Shown here one piece after another: positions 25,484 through 32,000 of a DNA stretch of 32,000 bases (position 1 is its first letter; each line of letters begins with the position of its first letter). The notes beneath the pieces are model-generated. The model saw nothing but the letters and a program-made list of their open reading frames with translations, had not been told where the DNA came from and did no database searches. This DNA is from Prochlorococcus marinus str. NATL2A (lineage in GTDB: Bacteria; Cyanobacteriota; Cyanobacteriia; PCC-6307; Cyanobiaceae), in the NCBI RefSeq assembly GCF_000012465.1, contig NC_007335.2, forward strand, positions 60,001 to 92,000. Reading direction: 5' to 3'. The translations under genes were made by a program, and so were the position numbers.

Positions 25484-25734
25484 AGTAATAAGTGATAAGG
25501 AGTATATTTTTAGCGAAAAAATTTATTCAGCGTGTGACAAATACCAGTTTCTACTTTTTTTATTTATTTTTGTTGTTATGACTCATGAATAACGCATAAA
25601 TCATTGGAATTTTTCTTATTGAAAGACCACTGTCATTTTCAAATCTTTATTTTTTCCAAATTTGTAACCTAATGTACTGATTTAGATTATTTTTTAGCTA
25701 TTGTTCAGATATGTTTATCTAAGGAGGTGATCCA

Positions 25735-25836
25735 TTGTCGCATCTACCAATCGGTCAAGAGTCAATGGTAATAAAAAACCTTGTTTATTCTGTTACTCCT
25801 GCCTTGAAAGGTTTTATTATTAATAGATTTATATAG
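25735..25836 (+). CDS. possible 33-aa peptide behind a perfect Shine-Dalgarno sequence
   Basis: A TTG start lies 7 nt after GGAGG within TAAGGAGGTGATCC (25720-25733). The ORF reads (M)SHLPIGQESMVIKNLVYSVTPALKGFIINRFI. A hairpin plus T-run follows 22 nt after the stop. Confidence 0.35.
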   Translation: MSHLPIGQESMVIKNLVYSVTPALKGFIINRFI

Positions 25837-25858
25837 TTAGATTTATCTATTAACTATT

Positions 25859-25888
25859 AAGCCAGCTACTAATAGCTGGCTTTTTTAT
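25859..25888 (+). terminator. rho-independent terminator-like hairpin
   Basis: AAGCCAGCT-actaat-AGCTGGCTT is a perfect 9-bp stem, followed directly by TTTTTATT. Confidence 0.6.
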
Positions 25889-26015
25889 TGCTTTATACTT
25901 CTTCCCCACATTTGTATTGGTATGTTGATTGTGTAAACACATTATTTTGAGCAGTGGCTTGAAATATATTTTAAACAGGTTAGGCTTAAACCATATAAGT
26001 CATTATCTTATTTCA

Positions 26016-26174
26016 ATGTCTAATGAAGAAAGAATTGAAGTTGCAGAACAAAGGATAATTGAGTTGAAAACTTTAATCAATCATTGGAAGACAAGTAATA
26101 TTTCATCAAGAAGAGCTACTGTAGATTTCGTCGATGCAATTCTTTCTGATAGAGATGGGACTCAAGCAGCTTAA
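26016..26174 (+). CDS. hypothetical small protein (52 aa from the ATG at 26016)
   Basis: MSNEERIEVAEQRIIELKTLINHWKTSNISSRRATVDFVDAILSDRDGTQAA. The longer TTG-initiated form in the ORF track (25929) looks less likely. Confidence 0.4.
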   Translation: MSNEERIEVAEQRIIELKTLINHWKTSNISSRRATVDFVDAILSDRDGTQAA

Positions 26175-26326
26175 GCTTAAGTCATGAATGCTATTAATCT
26201 TAAAATTTATTCTGTCTATTGACGCACAATTTCAACCTTTATGTATTGCAAATTACTCAATAAATAATTGATAATAAAATTCATAGTAAAACAATATGAC
26301 TTAACTATACTATGAAATATTTTTAA

Positions 26327-26866
26327 ATGATCAAGAAAATGAACATTAGCCGTAATCTAAACTTGAAAGAATATATTTGGAATAGTATACATAAATTAAC
26401 TAATAGCTTTAGCATTCTAACAGTTAATAATCTTGGGAATGGATATATAAAATGCATTTGGGAAATTAGTAGGATTGATAATTTGCGGATTGAATTGAGT
26501 AATAGCTGTTTTTGTGCTATTAGATTATTTGATATAAGTAATAATAGAAATAAAAACAATTCAACTTGTATTATGAAAGAGATTGAAATCAGTAAATTTC
26601 AATCTTCTATTACATTTCCTATCCCTATAAATAAAGGTGTATATTATGTTGAGTTTGGTTATCGTAAGAAAGATGGTGAGTGGAGAAAACTTGCATATCA
26701 AAAGTTAAACTTGGGCTATAGGATAAAAAAATTACTTCAAAATTTTGATAATGATAGTTGGTTTGATTCTAAAATAACAATAAGACGAAATGAAGTTAGT
26801 TTGCATGAAGAGGCCTATCAACTTTCATTAAACTCTTTAATAGGTGGCTCTGAGAATATTTCTTAG
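26327..26866 (+). CDS. hypothetical protein (179 aa)
   Basis: ATG ORF. The antisense ORF 26323-26559 is low-complexity and likely a shadow. A faint resemblance to DUF4912-type W-E-I segments could not be verified. Confidence 0.55.
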   Translation: MIKKMNISRNLNLKEYIWNSIHKLTNSFSILTVNNLGNGYIKCIWEISRIDNLRIELSNSCFCAIRLFDISNNRNKNNSTCIMKEIEISKFQSSITFPIPINKGVYYVEFGYRKKDGEWRKLAYQKLNLGYRIKKLLQNFDNDSWFDSKITIRRNEVSLHEEAYQLSLNSLIGGSENIS

Positions 26867-27481
26867 TAATGATAAAAACAAAATTATTAAATTATATCAA
26901 GTTAAATTTGCTTTAAAACTTTTATAATAATTTATTTTTTTAGCTTCATAGATTTAAAATATAAAGTATTTATATATGGTAAATATAAATCAGGAATTAG
27001 TTATTCTAAAACTTAGAAAAAGCAATATTTCAGTAATATTGATATTCATCAAATTATTAATTTCTTTGTAACTTTTGAATATCATATACAAAACCTAAAT
27101 ATATTGGTCAAATTCTTTAAAAAATGAAAGGCTAGTAAAATATTTGTTACGAGACAAATTAATATTAATGCTTCTAATGAACTTCTACATTATTGAGACC
27201 TAACATCAATATATTGACTGTAGTTAGTTTTGGCAATTACTTGTGATTAAGTCTTTTTGTTGTATGCAACTATATGGAGATTTAATGAGTAAAGCAAGAG
27301 TTACTTTTTTTCGGATCCAAATATTCTCTCAGGACCTTTTTCAGATCTATCTATGAGGATACAGAAGATTGTTGATACTTACTCTATTTAATAATTATTT
27401 TTAGGTTCAGATTCTTATTATGTATCAATTCGAATTATTTTTCTTAGTTTGATTTATTTGTTTTAGGCTTGTGGAAGCTAG

Positions 27482-28156
27482 ATGTTTGTTTTGACTACTT
27501 ATTTAATTACTGGATCCAACAGAGGTATAGGTTTAGAACTTGTTCGTCAATTGAAGGATAGAGGAGACGACGTTATAGCCACTTGTAGATCGGCTTCGCC
27601 AGAATTAAATTCTTTGTCAGTAAGAGTTGAGACAAATATTGATATCACTTCAGGGGACTCTGTTGTTAAGCTCAGAGATAATTTAAAAGATAATAGCGTA
27701 GATGTTTTGATTCAAAATGCTGGAATTGCTGAATTTAACTCTCTTTCTAACTTAGATCCGCAAAGTATCGTTCATCAATTTGAGGTAAATGCATTAAGTC
27801 CTTTGTGTTGTGTACATACTTTGCTTAGTAAACTCAGTAAATCTGCAAAAATAGCTTTAATAAGTAGTCGTATGGGTTCAATAGAGGATAATAATTCTGG
27901 CGGTTCCTATGGATATAGGATGTCAAAAGTTGCTTTATGTATGGCTGGCAAATCTTTATCAGTTGATTTAATGCCTAGAGGTATTTCGGTTGGAATTTTA
28001 CATCCAGGTTTAGTCAGTACTCGAATGACAGGATTTACCTCCAATGGCATTCAACCTAAAGAATCAGTTAAAGGACTGATTCAAAGAATTGATGAACTTA
28101 CACTTGAAAATACAGGTAACTTCTGGCATTCAAATGGTGAGATCTTGCCATGGTAA
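27482..28156 (+). CDS. short-chain dehydrogenase/reductase (SDR)
   Basis: TGSNRGIGLEL (TGxxxGxG), NAGIA, and the catalytic S...YGYRMSKVAL (YxxxK). 224 aa. Confidence 0.9.
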   Translation: MFVLTTYLITGSNRGIGLELVRQLKDRGDDVIATCRSASPELNSLSVRVETNIDITSGDSVVKLRDNLKDNSVDVLIQNAGIAEFNSLSNLDPQSIVHQFEVNALSPLCCVHTLLSKLSKSAKIALISSRMGSIEDNNSGGSYGYRMSKVALCMAGKSLSVDLMPRGISVGILHPGLVSTRMTGFTSNGIQPKESVKGLIQRIDELTLENTGNFWHSNGEILPW

Positions 28157-28232
28157 AAGATTCTTTCTATAATTTTGATGGAATTTTAAATTGAAACACT
28201 GAATAGATTACAAATTTATTTATCGCTTTAAG

Positions 28233-28586
28233 TTATATCCTTCCTAGTGTTTTTCTTAACTTTTTAACAAAGCTAATACCAACTCCTGGTATGGTTAAAA
28301 GTTCTTCATCAGAAGCAGAAATAATTGATTCAGGTGTCATATATCCTGCTTCATAAAAATTATTACAGTTTTTTGCTCCAATGCCAGGTATAGATGTGAG
28401 GTTTTCACACCTATCTGACAATTCTCCTTTTTGTTTATTAAAAATACTTAAAACATTGAAAAGATTTCTTTTTGTATTTAATAAGATTTTGTTAATCAAC
28501 ATTTTTTTTGAAATCATATTATTAATATGCATTAGAAAAAACTTCTTGCAAGTATAAATATTTTCCTTTGATGATTGAATTACCAA
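28233..28586 (-). CDS. helix-hairpin-helix domain protein
   Basis: The C-terminal half carries two HhH-like elements, LTSIPGIGAKN and LLTIPGVGISFVKKL. The N-terminal part is low-complexity, so the true start may be internal. Confidence 0.6.
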   Translation of the reverse strand: MVIQSSKENIYTCKKFFLMHINNMISKKMLINKILLNTKRNLFNVLSIFNKQKGELSDRCENLTSIPGIGAKNCNNFYEAGYMTPESIISASDEELLTIPGVGISFVKKLRKTLGRI

Positions 28587-28750
28587 TTATGATATAAAAT
28601 TGTATTTAAAAATACAAAATTAGCTAACATACATAGATTTTTCTTATAGCTTTGTCTTATTATTATTAGTATTGCTTGGTTACCCAGTTAATTGCTACTT
28701 GACTTTTTAATTAGATCTTGCATGTTATTTTTAGATGTTAATCCCTTCCT

Positions 28751-29422
28751 TTGTTCATAACTGTATGTGGCCAGAAAGGTGGAGTAGCTAAAACTTGTAC
28801 CTCAATTCATCTTGCAAGTGTATGGTCTTCTGAAGGGAAAAATGTGTGTTTAGTTGATGCTGATAGAAACCGATCTGCTCTTGCCTATGGTTTAAGAGGT
28901 AATCTTAAATTTAATATTGTCCCTGTAGAGGCAGCCGCTAAAGCAACAAGATTCTCAGAAATTGTTATTACTGATGGACAAGCAAGTACTGACGAAGAAG
29001 AATTGAAACATCTGGCAGCTGGATCTGACCTTGTCCTTTTGCCTACAGCGCCAAAAGCAAGATCGGTCGAATTAACTGTCGAATTAGCCTCTTTATTAAA
29101 ACAGTTAAATATTCCTCATGCAGTTTTATTAGTTAAGGTTGACTTCCGCCAAAGGCGAATTGCAAATGAAGCAAGAGAAGCTTTAGAAAAATTTGACTTA
29201 ACTGTATTAGAAGGTGATATCCCTTTACTATCTGCTTTTGATAAAGCAGAAAACCAAGGATCAGCTGTAATTGATGCAGTAGACGATAAAGGTCGATCCG
29301 ATCCCAGGCGAATGTCAGGTTGGTCGGCCTATTGTTCCATTGCTCAACAAATTCAATGCCAGATTTCGAAGCACTTGTCAGACATCAACAAACGAGTCGA
29401 AGACCTGCCACTGAGCGCTTAA
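28751..29422 (+). CDS. ParA/MinD-family P-loop ATPase with no ParB partner in the window
   Basis: Deviant Walker A GQKGGVAKT that retains the signature Lys, followed by VCLVDADRN. 223 aa. TTG is the only available start. Confidence 0.85.
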   Translation: MFITVCGQKGGVAKTCTSIHLASVWSSEGKNVCLVDADRNRSALAYGLRGNLKFNIVPVEAAAKATRFSEIVITDGQASTDEEELKHLAAGSDLVLLPTAPKARSVELTVELASLLKQLNIPHAVLLVKVDFRQRRIANEAREALEKFDLTVLEGDIPLLSAFDKAENQGSAVIDAVDDKGRSDPRRMSGWSAYCSIAQQIQCQISKHLSDINKRVEDLPLSA

Positions 29423-29592
29423 AAGTAGTTGAAAAACTTTCTATATCTACTCCAACGCCTACTACCGATGGGAAAAATCTAAGTACATTATTTTTTGGTT
29501 TGATCGGAGGCTTGTTTGGATCAATTATTGGAACAGCGATCATTATTTATCTATCAGCGAAAGAATTGATAGATTTTAAAATGCTTTTTTAA
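29356..29592 (+). CDS. possible small protein with C-terminal transmembrane helix (78 aa)
   Basis: From the ATG at 29356: MPDFEALVRHQQTSRRPATERLKVVEKLS...LFFGLIGGLFGSIIGTAIIIYL... It overlaps the 3' end of the ParA-like gene by 67 nt in another frame. Confidence 0.4.
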   Translation: MPDFEALVRHQQTSRRPATERLKVVEKLSISTPTPTTDGKNLSTLFFGLIGGLFGSIIGTAIIIYLSAKELIDFKMLF

Positions 29593-29620
29593 AGTTTGAT
29601 TTTATTTAAACTTTTTTGAT

Positions 29621-31456
29621 TTATAGATTAGATCCGTATGTTCTTTTTGCTATTTCTACCATATTAAAAAAAGTTTTAGATTGCTTTAGTAATTGTTGGT
29701 AATTTCCAAAGGAAACTATTTTTCCATCTTTAAATTCATATATACAATCTGATCTTTCGATTGTTGATAATCTGTGAGCAATCGTGACTATTGTGCAACG
29801 TCTACCTATTATTTCTATTGCATTCATTACCTCAGCTTCTGTTCGGTTATCTAAGGCACTAGTTGCTTCATCTAAAACTAATAATTTTGATTGCCTATAA
29901 AAAGCTCTTGCTATGGCAAGTCGCTGTCTTTGTCCACCAGATAATCTGATGCCATTATCACCCACTGAGGAATGTAAACCCATTGGCATTTCTGATACCA
30001 AATCCGCTAATTGAGCTGCTCTAAGCGCATCCCAGACTCTTCCATGATCAATTATGTTTTCATCTAAACCATATGCAATATTTTGAATAATATTGCTATT
30101 TAATAAGGTGATTGATTGGGGAACGTAAGAGCAACAATCTTGCCAAGCAGGCACTTCGGTATCAGTAACTGCAACTCCATCCAATAGTAAATGTCCGTCT
30201 GTTGGTCTAAGAAGACATAGTAATTGATTCGCGGTAGTGGTTTTACCACTTCCAGTTTCTCCTACAAAAGCTATTCTTGATCCGATAGGAATAGTAAGGT
30301 TGATACCCTTTAAGGTGTATTCGTTGCTGTTGGGATACTTATAACTCAATTTCTCAAGTTTTATGTTGTTTCTAGGCTCAATTCCTTCTTTTGTCGGAAC
30401 GCCTACAGATCTTTTAGTTAGCCTAGTAGAAGGAAGTTCTATCAACTTTAGTATCTCCTCTAAATCAGGTATTGATGCTCGCATTGAAGTTAATGCTCTA
30501 AATGAATCTTGTAATGGCGGAGTTAGTTTTAATGCAGCTACTGCAATTGTTGCTAAGAATGGAACTATCTCAATAAGTATTGAATCGTTTTCCCCAGTGA
30601 TGTACGGGAAAAGACCAATAGCAAAAATCAAAGTGATACCAAATGGCTCTATTAATGACCTAGGTAATTCAGGTAAAACCTCAGCTTTCCACATGAAAGG
30701 GAAAGAGCTTTTGCTTGCTAATTTATATCGTTTTTCAAAGTATGGTTCTGAGCTAGTAAGGTGAACATCTATAATGGTGCGCATTGATTCTGTGAGTATA
30801 TTATTTGTTTCTTTTTCTAATTTGATTCTTTTACGAGAAGAATATCTTATAAAAGGGGTTACAAATGATGAAATAAATATATAAAATATTAAGAGACTTA
30901 TTATTAAATAAAGAGCTATCGATTTAGCTATAAAAAGAACAGCAATACATATAAAAGTAATCACACATAACCCACTAGAAATCTGAAGGATTGGTTTGAC
31001 GAGGAATTCTGAGACTCTAGAAATGTTGATTAAAACTTTTGATGATAAATCAGATTTTTTTTTGTTTAAGAAGAATTCATATGATTGAGATAATAATTTT
31101 TTCTGAGCTAGTTCTGATAAGTCCTTCCAAACTGCTACTCGAAGTCTTTCTTGTGCTGCTTTAAGAAATAATTTCGAAAATGATGCTAGCCAATTCATGG
31201 CTATGTATATGACGACTAGACTGATAACTTTTGTTTTTGGGTCTTCAGGTATGAAATGTTGAAATGGCAAGGGAGGTTGATTTGGTTGACCTATAAAAAC
31301 AGTAAATAATCTAGAAACAATTCCAACTACAATCACATCGACTAAACCAGTGAAGGCTGCTAAAGGTATTAATTTCAACAGAGAACTTCTTCTTCTAACT
31401 GGGAGTGCCTTCAACAGGCGCATTAATAGATGATATGTTTTGCTAGTGCCGATCAT
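29621..31456 (-). CDS. ABC exporter, fused permease and ATPase (MsbA/multidrug-type half transporter)
   Basis: The N-terminal ~330 aa contain multiple TM helices. The C-terminal NBD has Walker A GETGSGKTT, Q-loop YVPQ, signature LSGGQRQRLAIARA, Walker B LLVLDEATSALD and H-loop IAHRL. Confidence 0.93.
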   Translation of the reverse strand: MIGTSKTYHLLMRLLKALPVRRRSSLLKLIPLAAFTGLVDVIVVGIVSRLFTVFIGQPNQPPLPFQHFIPEDPKTKVISLVVIYIAMNWLASFSKLFLKAAQERLRVAVWKDLSELAQKKLLSQSYEFFLNKKKSDLSSKVLINISRVSEFLVKPILQISSGLCVITFICIAVLFIAKSIALYLIISLLIFYIFISSFVTPFIRYSSRKRIKLEKETNNILTESMRTIIDVHLTSSEPYFEKRYKLASKSSFPFMWKAEVLPELPRSLIEPFGITLIFAIGLFPYITGENDSILIEIVPFLATIAVAALKLTPPLQDSFRALTSMRASIPDLEEILKLIELPSTRLTKRSVGVPTKEGIEPRNNIKLEKLSYKYPNSNEYTLKGINLTIPIGSRIAFVGETGSGKTTTANQLLCLLRPTDGHLLLDGVAVTDTEVPAWQDCCSYVPQSITLLNSNIIQNIAYGLDENIIDHGRVWDALRAAQLADLVSEMPMGLHSSVGDNGIRLSGGQRQRLAIARAFYRQSKLLVLDEATSALDNRTEAEVMNAIEIIGRRCTIVTIAHRLSTIERSDCIYEFKDGKIVSFGNYQQLLKQSKTFFNMVEIAKRTYGSNL

Positions 31457-31646
31457 GTTATAAAATTACTTACTTTTGAGAAATTATTTATGCTTACTCA
31501 GCCAGTTTCTTGGGTGTTTGGTTATGAGTTGTTTACGCCAATGCTATAAAAGTCATAAAGAAAATTATGAAACAGTATTCTTCAGAGATTATTAAATTTA
31601 TTTTAATTTGAATATTATTTAAGCTTGATTGATATTGAAATGTGGA

Positions 31647-32000
31647 TTAATATCTTTTTGTTGATAGAAAATATCCTAATAAGATTAATATAATTAATGG
31701 CATTAAATAAATAATAATCATAAAACCAGACAAAAAGATAAATAGAGTTAAAAAGATAAAAAATCCTATTAATATAATTCTCAGAAGTCTTTTGATTCGA
31801 TTGAGCCAAAAGATGCCCTTAAGTTTTTCTAGTTTGATTTCTAACTCTCTACGCCTAAAATATAACTCTTTAAGTTGTTTTTGGTGCCAATTAATTGAGT
31901 CCTCTACTTTTGTTTTGTATACATTCTTCCCAATTTGTTCTAAAAAATTATTCGACTTTGAGAATGTAGAACGTAATTTTACAATCTGTGCTTGAACTAG
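31647..32000 (-). CDS. C-terminal 117 aa of an unidentified coiled-coil protein with a C-terminal TM anchor (5' end off-window)
   Basis: Hand-translated frame, open from the window edge to the TAA at 31647-31649: ...KQLKELYFRRRELEIKLEKLKGIFWLNRIKRLLRIILIGFFIFLTLFIFLSGFMIIIYLMPLIILILLGYFLSTKRY. It is absent from the ORF track because it has no start inside the window. The competing track ORFs 31615-31809 and 31792-31995 look like shadows. Confidence 0.45.
   Translation of the reverse strand, partial: LVQAQIVKLRSTFSKSNNFLEQIGKNVYKTKVEDSINWHQKQLKELYFRRRELEIKLEKLKGIFWLNRIKRLLRIILIGFFIFLTLFIFLSGFMIIIYLMPLIILILLGYFLSTKRY

Noticed and set aside
25720-25733. A 16S rRNA gene fragment on the minus strand (GGATCACCTCCTTA).
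   Set aside because: The match is only 14 nt, and the flanking sequence does not continue the 16S 3' domain. It is better read as a Shine-Dalgarno-type complement on the plus strand.
28751-29422. The ParA-like gene as a McdA-type carboxysome-positioning ATPase.
   Set aside because: It keeps the signature lysine of classical ParA Walker A boxes. There are no carboxysome genes in the window and no McdB-like partner that I can recognise, so there is no sequence basis for the specific assignment.

Overview
This is an AT-rich window, roughly one-third GC by eye. It looks like a marine picocyanobacterial (Prochlorococcus-like) chromosome segment; that assignment is an inference from gene content (gatB-coaE-argJ, cynS, hli) and composition. 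Housekeeping genes gatB (5' end off-window), coaE and argJ occupy 1-2974. From about 3.0 to 19.9 kb lies a hypervariable island. It is followed by conserved-looking genes: an FAD oxidoreductase, DUF2237, an SDR, a ParA-like ATPase and an ABC exporter. That block is interrupted by one more island-type gene at 23.0-24.8 kb and by an hli gene.

The dominant signal is a family of five full-length genes plus one decayed fragment. All end in the same ~110-190 aa C-terminal module (a beta-rich linker plus two DUF4214-type repeats). Their N-terminal heads are unrelated: a PHB-depolymerase-type esterase, a cysteine-free C-type-lectin-like domain, a cyclophilin nested in a cadherin-like repeat followed by RTX repeats, a possible His-less metzincin-like domain, and one unknown head.

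The copies are tied together in several ways:
- a perfect 504-bp direct repeat;
- a 198-bp inverted repeat with 2 mismatches;
- a conserved non-coding 3' flank;
- in one pair, about 31 synonymous versus 2 replacement codon differences, which points to strong purifying selection.

A stand-alone cyanase gene (cynS) sits between ~80-nt direct repeats rich in GTGGTAT, and the next gene is bracketed by a second 35-nt repeat. I could not recognise any tRNA, rRNA, CRISPR array, integrase or transposase. Many small ORFs, several with a transmembrane segment, fill the island and are called with low confidence.
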